Assembly: GCA_022425325.1 (NCBI GenBank)
Contig: JAKMFW010000100.1
Coordinates: 1 to 64,000 of the forward strand
Reading direction: 5' to 3'
DNA from: Acidimicrobiales bacterium
Lineage (GTDB): Bacteria > Actinomycetota > Acidimicrobiia > Acidimicrobiales > Aldehydirespiratoraceae
Length of the DNA: 64,000 nucleotides
This document shows positions 27,587-42,087 of the stretch, one piece after another; position 1 is the stretch's first letter, and each line of letters begins with the position of its first letter. The position numbers were made by a program, and so were the translations under genes. The notes beneath the pieces were generated by a model, which worked only from the letters and a program-made list of their open reading frames with translations, did no database searches and had not been told where the DNA came from.

Positions 27587-30157
27587 TCAGGCGTGAGCGG
27601 CGAGATGCAGCGCGTTCGAGATCAGCCCGAGGTGGGAGTACGCCTGCGGGTGGTTGCCGAGCGCCCGCCCGGTGGCCGGGTCGACCTCTTCGGTGATCAG
27701 GCCGGTCGGTCCGGCGAGATCGACGTAGGCCCGGAAGAGCTCGCGAGCCGAGCCGAGGTCGCCGATCTGTACCTTGGCGTCGATCAGCCATGAGGTCATG
27801 AGGTTGAAGCCGCCCTCTTCGCCGGGCAGGCCGTCCTCGTGCTTGTAGCGATAGACGGTGTCGCCGGAGCGCAGCGACGACTCGACGGCGTGGACGGTTG
27901 CGATGTAGTGGGGATCATCGTGTTCGAGCATGCCGAACAAGCCGATGGCGAGGACTGAGGCATCGATATCGGTGCCGTCGTAGGCCGTGGTGAACGAGCC
28001 GACCTCGTCGTTCCAGCCGTTGGCGATGATGTCGTCCTTGATCGCTTCGCGGAGGTTGACCCACTCGGGCCGTTCGCGGCCGAACACCTCTCCCGCGATC
28101 TGGACGGCCCGGTCGACGGTGACCCAGCACATGACCTTGGAGTTCACGTGATGGCGCGGCGCGGACCGCACCTCCCAGATGCCCTGATCGGGCTCCGTCC
28201 AGCGTTGCTCGACGGCGGCGACAAGATCTTCGACGAGGCGCCAGTGGCGCGCCGACAGCGGGGCATCGATCTCGCCGAGTTGATGGATGAGCTCGAGTAC
28301 TGGGCCGAAGACGTCGAGCTGGACCTGGTGGTCGGCGGCGTTGCCGACCCGCACCGGACGTGAGCCGGCGTAGCCCGGCAGCTCCTCGATGGTGGCCTCG
28401 GGTGGCAGCGCTGTGCCGTTGACGGTGTAGAGCGGCGAGAGGCGCTCAGGGCCGACCTCGGAGGCCTCGATGACCCGGAGGAGCCAGTCGAGGAGATCCA
28501 TCGCCTCGTCGATCGAGCCGAGTTTCACGAGAGCGCCGGCCGAGAGCGAGGCGTCGCGGATCCAGCAGTAGCGGTAGTCCCAGTTGCGGACGCCGCCGAT
28601 GAACTCGGGAAGGCTTGTCGTGGCCGCAGCGAGGATGGCGCCGGTCGGGCCATAGCAGAGGGCCTTCAGAGTCAGCGCCGAGCGGCGGATGAGATCGTGA
28701 TCGACGTCGACGAGGGTCTCGGGCAGTTCGAGACGGGCGGCCCAGTCGGACCAGAACGAGTGGGTCGCCGCACGACGGTCGACCTCGATCGTGCGATCCG
28801 GACGCAGTGACGCCGTGCCGCAGCGGAGTTCGAGCGTGACAGGACCGGCGCTGAGGTCGACCTCGGCGATCGCAGTCTGGTGCACACCGGCGTGCTCAAG
28901 GGTCCACTCAATGCCGGGGGAGCGGAGCACGACGAGGTCGGCCGCATTCGTGATCTCGAGGCCGCCGTCGCGGCGTTCGAGCTGGGTCGGAAAGCGGCCG
29001 AAGTCGAGGCGGGGCGCGAACTCGATGCGAGCGGTGCCGGTGCCCTCGATCACCCGGATCAGGTCGGTGCGGCCTGCGATGCGCTTCGGGCGCCCTTCGG
29101 AGCAGTCGAGATAGTCGGTGACGCTCATCGACGGCCACGACGTGCGAAGGATGAGTGAATCGCCGACATAGGCCTGGGACGGCGTCCCGATCGCCGCATC
29201 GTCGGCGGGACCGATCGAGAAGTGGCCGGCTGCAGGCCCGCCGAGGAGTTCGGCGAAGATCGCACCGGAGTCGATGCGGGGAACGCACAGCCAGGTGATG
29301 CGAGCATCGGGGGTGACGATCGCTGCAGTGCGTTGATCCGAGAGCATCGAGTGCTCATCGATGGGCGTGACGCCGGCACCGGCGAGCCAGTCAGCCCGCC
29401 GGGCGGACAGCGCAGCGAGGAGGATGGCCACCTCCTCGGGTGAGTCGACCCGGAATGGGGCGGCCGTCTCCCCCTCGCCGACCTTTACGCCGACATCGGG
29501 ACCGTGGAGTGTGCGGAATGCGTCCTCGTCGGTGACATCGTCGCCAAGGAAGAGCACGGCGGTGGCGCCTACGGTGGCGCGCACGGTGTTGAGCGCCTTG
29601 CCCTTGTCGGTTGGAACGAGCAGCAGCTCGCAGACCTTCTTGCCGTGACGGATGTCGAGCTGCCCGATCGTGAGGTGGATCCGCTCGATCTCGGCGACGG
29701 CCTTCTCGCTCTCGTCATCGCCGAGCGCGCGGTAGTGAATGGCGACCGACGCTGGTTTCTTCTCGAGCGAGAGCTTGGGATGGTCGGCGACGAGTTGGCC
29801 AAGGGCGTCAAGGAGCTTCGATCGGCGTTCCTGAAGTGCCGGATCGAGGTCGAGCGCGAAATCGATGTCGAACTCGCTCCCGTGGGAGCCGACGAGGTGG
29901 ATCTCGGCCGGGAGGCGGCTGAGCGCAGCGAGGTCCCGCAGCGAGCGGCCGGAGATCACGGCGACGTCGGTCTGGGCCAGTGCAGCAAGTCCTCGCAGCG
30001 CCACCGATGTCTCGCGAAGAGGCAGTGCGGCCATCGGGTCGTCGACGAGGGGCGCGATCGTGCCGTCGTAGTCGCAGGCGATCAGCAGGTGAGGTGCGGC
30101 GGCGAGCGCATGGATGCGAGCGTCGACTTCGGGGTCGTCGAGGAGATGACTGGCCAT
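27587..30157 (-). CDS. Bifunctional protein: trehalose-6-phosphate phosphatase (HAD, OtsB-like) fused to a glycoside hydrolase family 15 (glucoamylase/trehalase-like) domain
   Basis: The N-terminal HAD motifs (DYDGTIAP ... GDDVTDE) are followed by a GH15 (alpha/alpha)6 barrel region (WDYRYCWIRDAS...). I placed the start at MASHLLDD (cat at 30155-30157). Confidence 0.8.
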   Translation of the reverse strand: MASHLLDDPEVDARIHALAAAPHLLIACDYDGTIAPLVDDPMAALPLRETSVALRGLAALAQTDVAVISGRSLRDLAALSRLPAEIHLVGSHGSEFDIDFALDLDPALQERRSKLLDALGQLVADHPKLSLEKKPASVAIHYRALGDDESEKAVAEIERIHLTIGQLDIRHGKKVCELLLVPTDKGKALNTVRATVGATAVLFLGDDVTDEDAFRTLHGPDVGVKVGEGETAAPFRVDSPEEVAILLAALSARRADWLAGAGVTPIDEHSMLSDQRTAAIVTPDARITWLCVPRIDSGAIFAELLGGPAAGHFSIGPADDAAIGTPSQAYVGDSLILRTSWPSMSVTDYLDCSEGRPKRIAGRTDLIRVIEGTGTARIEFAPRLDFGRFPTQLERRDGGLEITNAADLVVLRSPGIEWTLEHAGVHQTAIAEVDLSAGPVTLELRCGTASLRPDRTIEVDRRAATHSFWSDWAARLELPETLVDVDHDLIRRSALTLKALCYGPTGAILAAATTSLPEFIGGVRNWDYRYCWIRDASLSAGALVKLGSIDEAMDLLDWLLRVIEASEVGPERLSPLYTVNGTALPPEATIEELPGYAGSRPVRVGNAADHQVQLDVFGPVLELIHQLGEIDAPLSARHWRLVEDLVAAVEQRWTEPDQGIWEVRSAPRHHVNSKVMCWVTVDRAVQIAGEVFGRERPEWVNLREAIKDDIIANGWNDEVGSFTTAYDGTDIDASVLAIGLFGMLEHDDPHYIATVHAVESSLRSGDTVYRYKHEDGLPGEEGGFNLMTSWLIDAKVQIGDLGSARELFRAYVDLAGPTGLITEEVDPATGRALGNHPQAYSHLGLISNALHLAAHA

Positions 30158-30222
30158 GGGCGCCGACGCTACTCCGACGGGCGACGAAGGCTGCACCGAT
30201 TCGGGGAACTACGGTCAGCTTC

Positions 30223-31056
30223 GTGGGCACGTCCGAGGTCACCAACTGCTACCGGCACGAAGACCGCCGCTCGGGTGTTCTCTGCCAGCGATGCGACCGG
30301 CCGATCTGCGGTGACTGCATGACCCAGGCATCGGTGGGGTTTCACTGCCCGGAGTGCGCCATCTCGGGTCGCCAGCAGGTTCACCGAGGTCCGATCGCCG
30401 TCGAACCGGTTGCCACCAAGGCGCTACTCGTCGTCAATGTCGCCATCTCGCTGGCCGTCATCATCTCCGGTGGCGGCGCGCTTCCGGCTGCCGTCTTGCT
30501 CGACTTCGGTCTCGCCGGTCCACCCCTCGATGTCAACGGTGAGGCGTATCGCATCCTCACGTCGGGGGTGTTGCACGACGGGCTGTTCCATCTCGGCGTC
30601 AACATGTACTCCCTCTGGATCGTCGGTCCGCTCGTCGAGCGGGCGCTGGGCGCGCCGCGGTTCATCGCCCTCTACTTCGCGTCGCTCATCGCCGGGTCCT
30701 TCGGCGCACTGCTCGTCGACCCGCTCAGCTTCACCGTTGGCGCGTCAGGGGCGATCTTCGGCCTGTTCGGCGCCGCCACTGTCGTGGCGCTCGCCTCGGG
30801 CAACCGTGACATCGGCAATCGACTCGGCGCGATCGTCGGTATCAACCTGGTGCTGACGTTCGCCGTGCCGGTGCTCTCGGTCGGTGGTCACGTCGGCGGT
30901 CTGCTCGGCGGTGTCGTGCTCGCCGGCGCGTTCGTACCCCAGATCCGGGCGAAGCGGCCGGAGTGGGAGTCGATCGCCGTGGCAATGCTGCTGGTGGCCG
31001 TCTTCGCCGCCGGCGCTCTTTGGGCCGGGTCGCAGTGGCCCGACCCGCTCTTCTAG
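30223..31056 (+). CDS. Rhomboid-family intramembrane serine protease with an N-terminal zinc ribbon
   Basis: It has the CxxC...CxxC ribbon (CQRCDRPICGDCM...CPEC), the catalytic GASGAIFG serine motif and His in GGHVGGLLGG. The start GTG at 30223 is tentative. Confidence 0.7.
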   Translation: MGTSEVTNCYRHEDRRSGVLCQRCDRPICGDCMTQASVGFHCPECAISGRQQVHRGPIAVEPVATKALLVVNVAISLAVIISGGGALPAAVLLDFGLAGPPLDVNGEAYRILTSGVLHDGLFHLGVNMYSLWIVGPLVERALGAPRFIALYFASLIAGSFGALLVDPLSFTVGASGAIFGLFGAATVVALASGNRDIGNRLGAIVGINLVLTFAVPVLSVGGHVGGLLGGVVLAGAFVPQIRAKRPEWESIAVAMLLVAVFAAGALWAGSQWPDPLF

Positions 31057-31083
31057 AGGGGGCCGAGCCACCGGACTCACATG

Positions 31084-31905
31084 TCAGCCGGAAGGGTGCT
31101 GATAGACGCTCACATGAACGTCCGATGATGTGGGCGGATGGTCTGGGCCGTTCGGGGGAGAGGGGTTGAACGGGGAGCCGGACCATGTCGCCCACCTGTT
31201 CGTCCTAACGAAGCCGACCGCCGCCGCGAATGCATCGAGCTGCTCCGGAGTCAGGTAGCGGACGATCCACGGCCGCATCCGGTTCCCGTCGGCTCGCATC
31301 TCGATGTGATGCCCTCGGATGATCTGTGCATCGGGGTCGTGTTTGGAGACGGTGAGCACGGCGGCGTCGGCGGTGATGTCGCGCACGGAGACACCGCCGT
31401 CGGTCATGCCGTCCTCGGGTGGGACGAATCCCTCGATGACGAGGACCCCGCCCGGCACGAGAAGATCGAACACGCCTTCCAGACAGCGACGTTGGTCGTC
31501 GGGTGTGGCGAGGTTGAAGAAGGTGTTGAAGGCTGCGAACGCGACCGTGTACGGGCCGGCGGCGGCGATCTCCTCGGCGCCCGGTCCCTCTGCGAGGTGA
31601 GCCATGTCGGCGAGTACCACCGTGACGGCGTCGGCGCCGGGCTTGTCGGCGAGCAGACGCAGCATCGACGGCGACGCGTCGACCCCGACGACGCGCAACC
31701 CGGCGGCGGCGAGCGGGATTGCGAGCCGACCGGTGCCGACACCGAGTTCGAGTACCGGACCGTCGCCGGCGAGCCGAGCGATCGTCGCCACCGTGGCGTC
31801 GACGTCGCTGACATCGGCGTACCAATCGTCGTAGACGTCGGCGAAGCTCTCGCCGTAGGTGTCGGCGCCGTAGCCGTCGTGTCCGGGGAGATCGATCACC
31901 GACAC
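31084..31905 (-). CDS. Class I SAM-dependent methyltransferase
   Basis: It has the LELGVGTGRLAIPLA motif I and a Rossmann-like fold. Confidence 0.7.
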   Translation of the reverse strand: MSVIDLPGHDGYGADTYGESFADVYDDWYADVSDVDATVATIARLAGDGPVLELGVGTGRLAIPLAAAGLRVVGVDASPSMLRLLADKPGADAVTVVLADMAHLAEGPGAEEIAAAGPYTVAFAAFNTFFNLATPDDQRRCLEGVFDLLVPGGVLVIEGFVPPEDGMTDGGVSVRDITADAAVLTVSKHDPDAQIIRGHHIEMRADGNRMRPWIVRYLTPEQLDAFAAAVGFVRTNRWATWSGSPFNPSPPNGPDHPPTSSDVHVSVYQHPSG

Positions 31906-31931
31906 AGTGTGCCCGGTCGTAGGCTGAACTC

Positions 31932-33107
31932 ATGGCGACAAGCGTCGACACCGAGGAGGTCGAGGTCTATCTCGACCACGCAGCGAGCACCCCGCTGCGC
32001 TCTGAGGCGCAGACGGCCTGGCTCGACGCGTCGGCCCACCATCACGCCAACCCGACCGGTGCCCACCGGGCAGCACGAGCGGCGCGCCGGGCGCTCGACG
32101 ATTCTCGCGACGAGATCGCTGCCGCGCTCGATCGACCGCCTGCCGAGGTCGTCTTCACGTCCGGGGGCAGCGAGGCCGACAACCTCGCCATTCGCGGTGT
32201 CCTTCACGCGCTGGGCGGGATCGCCGTCTGCTCGGCCGGTGAACATCACGCCGTGCTCGAACCGGTGGAGCACGCAGGGGGCCTCACGGTCGAACTCGAG
32301 GCCGACGGCACCGTCTCACCCGACCGTCTCGCCGCCGTTCTCGATGCTGCCGACCAGCCGGTCTCGGTCGTGTCGATCATGGCCATCAACAACGAGACGG
32401 GGGTGGTGAACGACATCCCGGCGCTCGTTGAGGTCACCCGACGTCACGCCCCCGGCGCGTGGTTTCATACCGATGCCGTCCAGGCGCTGGCGTGGATCGA
32501 CCTTGCCGCCCACGTTGAGGAGGCCGACCTGATCTCGATCACGGGTCACAAGTTCGGCGGGCCGGTCGGCACCGGTGCGCTCTTTGTTCGTCACGGGGTC
32601 GAACTCGATGCGCAGATCCTCGGCGGAGGTCAGGAGCGCGGCCGACGAGCGGGCACGCCCGACGTCGCCGGGGCGGCGGCCTTTGCGGCGGCTGCCACGG
32701 CCGCGGTTGCCGCTCGCGGCACCGATGTGGAGCGCCTTGGCGCCCTCCGAGATCGCCTCGTGGCGGGACTCCGTGATCGGCTCGGTGAGGTCGTGACGCC
32801 CACCGTGCTCGATGGTGGCGCACCGGTCGCTGCCGGCATCGCTCATGTCGTGCTCGCCGATGTCGAGGCCGAAGCGCTGCTGTTCCTGCTCGATGCCGCC
32901 GGCCTGCGGGCGTCGGCAGCCTCGTCGTGCTCCAGCGGTGCGCAGGACCCATCCCACGTTCTCGCGGCGATGGGGGTCGATCGCCTGGTCGCCCAGGGGT
33001 CGTTGCGCCTGTCACTCGGCCATACCACCACCGAGGCCGACATCGAGGCGGCCCTCGAGCACATCCCGCCCGCAGTCGAACGGCTCCGCGCCCACGGAGG
33101 CGGCTGA
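31932..33107 (+). CDS. iscS: Cysteine desulfurase (IscS/NifS family)
   Basis: It has the PLP-lysine motif (ITGHKFGGPVGTGAL) and the catalytic Cys loop (SSGAQDPSHVL). Confidence 0.85.
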   Translation: MATSVDTEEVEVYLDHAASTPLRSEAQTAWLDASAHHHANPTGAHRAARAARRALDDSRDEIAAALDRPPAEVVFTSGGSEADNLAIRGVLHALGGIAVCSAGEHHAVLEPVEHAGGLTVELEADGTVSPDRLAAVLDAADQPVSVVSIMAINNETGVVNDIPALVEVTRRHAPGAWFHTDAVQALAWIDLAAHVEEADLISITGHKFGGPVGTGALFVRHGVELDAQILGGGQERGRRAGTPDVAGAAAFAAAATAAVAARGTDVERLGALRDRLVAGLRDRLGEVVTPTVLDGGAPVAAGIAHVVLADVEAEALLFLLDAAGLRASAASSCSSGAQDPSHVLAAMGVDRLVAQGSLRLSLGHTTTEADIEAALEHIPPAVERLRAHGGG

Positions 33108-33126
33108 TGTCTCAGGGAGGTGACGC

Positions 33127-37813
<4,687 letters not shown>

Positions 37814-37822
37814 CGGCCTCGC

Positions 37823-38251
37823 TCAGCTGACGGTGAACGTCCAGTCGATCTGCTGGGTCGTGCCGGGATTGGCGATTTCCTCGAAGGTCGCGATTGCGCA
37901 GTTGTCGTCGGCCGCAAGTTGCTCCACGAGCTGCCCCGGATTCGGCGTGAAGAGGTACTGCTGCAGGCCTTCGACGTGGCGGACCTGGGATGTCACATCG
38001 ACGGGAAAGCGGCAGGCCCCATCGGGTGAGATCGTGAGCCGGACCAGCCGGTAGCCCGACGCGAGGTCGATGCCGACGGTCTGCTGTTGAAGGACTTCGT
38101 CGCCCCGGTTCGGGATGATGCGATCGATGGCCGGGTTCTGCGACACGGACATGTCGCTGCCGTCGCCGTCGCTGACGAGGCCGGCGAAGACGAACATGGC
38201 GAAGCCGGCCAGGATCAGGCCGGCGAAGACGAGCTTTTGACGACGGGGCAC
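37823..38251 (-). CDS. Hypothetical secreted/membrane-anchored protein
   Basis: An N-terminal signal/anchor (LVFAGLILAGFAMFVFAGLV) is followed by a soluble region of about 100 aa. Confidence 0.45.
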   Translation of the reverse strand: MPRRQKLVFAGLILAGFAMFVFAGLVSDGDGSDMSVSQNPAIDRIIPNRGDEVLQQQTVGIDLASGYRLVRLTISPDGACRFPVDVTSQVRHVEGLQQYLFTPNPGQLVEQLAADDNCAIATFEEIANPGTTQQIDWTFTVS

Positions 38252-38345
38252 CGAATGATCGTGCCAGATTTTGGCGGGTTACTCGGAGCCGGGCGGTTCA
38301 CAGCTCCACCCTCACCGTGCCGGGAAGGTGGTCGCCCGTACGTGG

Positions 38346-38801
38346 CTATGTCTCGGTGATCTCGTCGATGCGGGCGACGAGGCTCTTCACGACGTCGACA
38401 TCGACCTCGGCATCTTCGGGGACCGGCAGCGATTGGCCGGCCTGGGGCGCAAGGAGGGCAGCGAACGCAAGGACTTTCGACGAGTCGCCAGTGAGCTTGA
38501 CCTTGCCACCCATGAGCGCCGGCATCACGAGGGCGGGATCGCGGTCGACGAAGAACTGTTTCGCGACCTCCCACGGCACCTCGATGCCGAAGTCGGCGTT
38601 GTCGAGATGACCTTCCTCGATGGTGAGCGCCGGACCGGTGGTATCGATGTGGCCGAGAATGGCGCCGTCCCCGAAGGGCGGTTCGGTAACGGTGACGTTC
38701 GCAGCCAGATCGAACTCGACTTCACGGTCGTGTTCTGCGTACTCGGCGCGGAGTTCGCGCATGGCAGCGATCCACTCGGGGCTCAGAAACGGGTAGGGCA
38801 T
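38346..38801 (-). CDS. SCP2 sterol-carrier-like domain protein
   Basis: The start was moved to MPYPFLSPEWIAAM. The C-terminal MGGKVKLTGDSSKVLAFAALL is the SCP2 signature. Confidence 0.6.
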   Translation of the reverse strand: MPYPFLSPEWIAAMRELRAEYAEHDREVEFDLAANVTVTEPPFGDGAILGHIDTTGPALTIEEGHLDNADFGIEVPWEVAKQFFVDRDPALVMPALMGGKVKLTGDSSKVLAFAALLAPQAGQSLPVPEDAEVDVDVVKSLVARIDEITET

Positions 38802-38849
38802 CGGCAACGAGCGTAGATGGAATGGAGCGGCGCCGTATCCTTGGGCGCC

Positions 38850-39152
38850 ATGACGCAACGCATCACCCGTGACGAGGTGGTTCACGTGGCTCGGCTCGCC
38901 CGCCTGTCGTTGAGCGACGCCGAGATCGACGAGTTCACCGGCCAGCTGGGGGACATTCTCGAGCACGCCGCCGACATCGAGGCGCTCGACGTCGGTGATG
39001 TCGAGCCGACCTCGCACCCGCTTCCGATGGTGAACGTGCTGCGGCCCGATGAGCTGCGCCCGGCGCTTGATCGTGACCTCTTGCTGTCACAGGCTCCCGC
39101 GGCGGAGGACGGCCAGTTCCGTGTCCCGCCGATTTTGGGGGAGGAGCCGTGA
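38850..39152 (+). CDS. gatC: Asp/Glu-tRNA amidotransferase subunit C
   Basis: The MTQRITRDEVVHVARLARL motif places the start at the internal Met. Confidence 0.8.
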   Translation: MTQRITRDEVVHVARLARLSLSDAEIDEFTGQLGDILEHAADIEALDVGDVEPTSHPLPMVNVLRPDELRPALDRDLLLSQAPAAEDGQFRVPPILGEEP

Positions 39153-40600
39153 GCGCCCTCGATCTCGCCTCCGCCGTCCGGTCGGGTGAGCGCTCCGCGG
39201 TCGATGTGATCGACGAGCATCTCGCTCGTATCGATGCGCGCGACGGCGAGATCAACGCCTTCAATCTGGTCACCGCCGACGCTGCCCGTGAGGCGGCGGC
39301 TGCGGTCGACGCTGCCGTCGCCGCCGGAAACGATCCCGGCCCGCTCGCCGGCGTGCCGATCGCGATCAAGGACAACATGTGCACCACGGGCGTCGCCACA
39401 ACGTGCTCGTCGAAGATCCTCGAGGGATGGGAACCGCCCTACGACGCCACGGTCGTGCAGCGAGTGACGGCTGCAGGTGCCGTCATGGTCGGTAAGACCA
39501 ACCTCGACGAGTTCGCGATGGGTTCGTCCACGGAGAACTCGGCGTTCGGCCCGACGAAGAATCCGCTCGACACGACTCGTGTCCCGGGTGGTTCGAGTGG
39601 CGGCTCGGCTGCAGCAGTCGCCGCTGATTTCGCTTCGCTGTCATTGGGTTCCGATACCGGCGGTTCGATCCGCCAGCCGGCCGCGTTCTGTGGCCTCGTC
39701 GGCATGAAGCCGACGTACGGCGCCGTCAGCCGCTCCGGCCTGATCGCCTTCGGGTCGTCGCTCGACCAGATCGGCCCGTTCTCCAAGACGGTCGCCGAGT
39801 CGGCGGCTCTGCTCGAAGTGATCGGCGGACACGATCCGCTCGATTCCACATCAATCGATCAGCCGGCGTTCGATCTCACCTCGGTGCTCGATCGCGGGGT
39901 CGAAGGCATGCGGATCGGCATCCTCCGTGAGTTGTCCGGAGGCGAGGGTGGTGTCGAGGGTCTTTCGACCGACGTGATCGCTCGCACCAACGAGGCGGCC
40001 GCTGCGCTCGAAAAGGCCGGTGCCACCGTCGTCGAGGTCTCGGTGCCGTCGGCGACACTCGGCCTCTCGGCGTACTACCTGGTCGCCCCGGCCGAGGCGT
40101 CGTCGAACCTGAGTCGGTTCGACGGTGTGCGCTACGGACTCCGGGTCGATGCTCCGACCACGGGCGAGATGATGACCGCCACACGAACCGCCGGCTTCGG
40201 TCCCGAGGTGAAGCGTCGCATCATGCTCGGCACCTACGCCCTCTCGGCCGGCTACTACGACGCCTTCTACGGCAAGGCGCTGAAGGTTCGCACGATGATG
40301 CTGCAGGAGTTCGCGTCGGTGTACGCCACGGTCGACCTGCTGCTCACCCCGACGGCGCCCACGACGGCGTTCCCGCTGGGCGACCGCACCGCCGACCCGA
40401 TGACGATGTACGTCAACGATGTCTGCACGATCCCCTCGAATCTCGTCGGGCATCCGGCGATCTCGGTGCCGTTCGGCGTCGGCGACGACGGCCTTCCCGT
40501 CGGGGTCCAGCTGCTCGGCCCGGCCCTGTCGGAACCAACGATCTATCAGGCGGCCGCTGCGCTCGAAGCTGCTGCCCCCGGCGAAGGGAGCCTGTCGTGA
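39149..40600 (+). CDS. gatA: Asp/Glu-tRNA amidotransferase subunit A (amidase)
   Basis: It carries the amidase signature (GGSSGGSAAAVAA). Its GTG overlaps the gatC stop. Confidence 0.9.
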   Translation: MSALDLASAVRSGERSAVDVIDEHLARIDARDGEINAFNLVTADAAREAAAAVDAAVAAGNDPGPLAGVPIAIKDNMCTTGVATTCSSKILEGWEPPYDATVVQRVTAAGAVMVGKTNLDEFAMGSSTENSAFGPTKNPLDTTRVPGGSSGGSAAAVAADFASLSLGSDTGGSIRQPAAFCGLVGMKPTYGAVSRSGLIAFGSSLDQIGPFSKTVAESAALLEVIGGHDPLDSTSIDQPAFDLTSVLDRGVEGMRIGILRELSGGEGGVEGLSTDVIARTNEAAAALEKAGATVVEVSVPSATLGLSAYYLVAPAEASSNLSRFDGVRYGLRVDAPTTGEMMTATRTAGFGPEVKRRIMLGTYALSAGYYDAFYGKALKVRTMMLQEFASVYATVDLLLTPTAPTTAFPLGDRTADPMTMYVNDVCTIPSNLVGHPAISVPFGVGDDGLPVGVQLLGPALSEPTIYQAAAALEAAAPGEGSLS

Positions 40601-42048
40601 CCGTGCACGAACCGTCCCTGCCCGAGGAGTGGGAGCTCGTCGTCGGCCTCGAGGTCCATGTCGAACTCGCCACGAAGACGAAATTGTTCTGCGGCTGTGA
40701 GAACAAATTCAGCCATATCCCCAACACGCTGACCTGCCCGACCTGTGTCGGGCTGCCCGGATCGCTGCCGGTGATGAACGAAAAGGCGGTCGAGTTCGCC
40801 ATGCGGCTCGGCCGGGCGCTCGGTTGTGAGATCCACCCGTCGGTCATGGCGAGGAAGAACTACTTCTACCCCGACATGGCCAAGGACTTTCAGACCACCC
40901 AGTACGACCAGCCGACCAACGCCGACGGCCGGCTCGCCCTCGCCGACGGCACGGTCGTCGGTATCGAGCGGGCCCACATCGAAGAGGACGCCGGCAAGAC
41001 CACCCACGTCGGTGGCGGTGGTCGAATCAACGACGCCACCTACTCCCTGGTCGACTACAACCGCGCCGGTGTGCCGCTCGTCGAGATCGTGAGTCGGCCC
41101 GACATCCGCACCGTCGAGCACGCCAAGGCCTACGTCTCGGAGTTGCGCGACATCCTCCTCGCCATCGAGGTCAGCGACGCCAAGATGGAAGAGGGTTCGA
41201 TGCGAGTCGACGCCAACGTTTCGGTGCGTCCGACGGGGTCCGACGAGCTGCGCACTCGCTGCGAGCTGAAGAACCTCAACTCGGTGCGCTCGCTGGGCCG
41301 GGCGATCGAGTACGAGGCTCGCCGCCATGTCGATCTCTACACCAGCGGGGAGGTGCCCCGGCAGGAGACTCGTCACTGGGACGAGGAGGGTGGCCGTTCG
41401 ACCGCCGGCCGCTCCAAGGAGGATGCGGACGACTACCGGTATTTCCAGGAGCCCGACCTGGTGCCGCTCGCGCCGACCGCAGCGCAGATCGCCGAGATCG
41501 ACGCTTCGATGCCGGTGTTGCCCGCCGCTCGTCGGGCGCGGCTGGGGGAGTGTTCGTCGGTGGCCGACGAGGTCATCGTCACGGTCGTCGAGCGTGGCCA
41601 AGACGGTCTTGCTCTCGGCGCGATCGAGGCCGGCGCCGATGCCGACAAGGTGCTCACCCGGATTCAGAACGATCTTGCCGTCGACGACTGGTCGGCCGTG
41701 ACGAGTGAGTCGCTGGCGATGCTGATCCAGATGGAGACCGGCGGGGAACTCACGGCAACCCAGGCCAAGCAGGTCCTCGGTGAGATGGCGGCCGGCGAGC
41801 ACGGCGGCGATCCCAAGGCGATCGCCGCTGCGCACGGGTTCGAGGCGATGGAGAGCGACGAGCTCGAAACGCTGGTCGACCAGCTGATCGTCGACCACCC
41901 CGATGAGTGGTCTCGCTTCGTCGGTGGCGATGACGGCGACCGCAAGAAGATGCAGGGGTTCTTCACCGGTCAGATCATGAAGGCGACCAAGGGGCAAGCC
42001 GACGGCCGAGCCGTTGCGCAACTGCTCGGTCAGAAATCCGCCGGCTGA
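40597..42048 (+). CDS. gatB: Asp/Glu-tRNA amidotransferase subunit B
   Basis: It has the GatB N-terminal motif (EVHVELATKTKLFCGC) and the C-terminal YqeY-like domain. Its start overlaps the gatA stop. Confidence 0.9.
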   Translation: MTVHEPSLPEEWELVVGLEVHVELATKTKLFCGCENKFSHIPNTLTCPTCVGLPGSLPVMNEKAVEFAMRLGRALGCEIHPSVMARKNYFYPDMAKDFQTTQYDQPTNADGRLALADGTVVGIERAHIEEDAGKTTHVGGGGRINDATYSLVDYNRAGVPLVEIVSRPDIRTVEHAKAYVSELRDILLAIEVSDAKMEEGSMRVDANVSVRPTGSDELRTRCELKNLNSVRSLGRAIEYEARRHVDLYTSGEVPRQETRHWDEEGGRSTAGRSKEDADDYRYFQEPDLVPLAPTAAQIAEIDASMPVLPAARRARLGECSSVADEVIVTVVERGQDGLALGAIEAGADADKVLTRIQNDLAVDDWSAVTSESLAMLIQMETGGELTATQAKQVLGEMAAGEHGGDPKAIAAAHGFEAMESDELETLVDQLIVDHPDEWSRFVGGDDGDRKKMQGFFTGQIMKATKGQADGRAVAQLLGQKSAG

Positions 42049-42087
42049 GTTGTATTCAGGCCGCAGTCGGCCTGACCGAACGGCGAC

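Noticed and set aside
40546-42021. 491-aa minus-strand ORF antisense to gatB
   Set aside because: gatB assignment is unambiguous. The antisense frame is low complexity.
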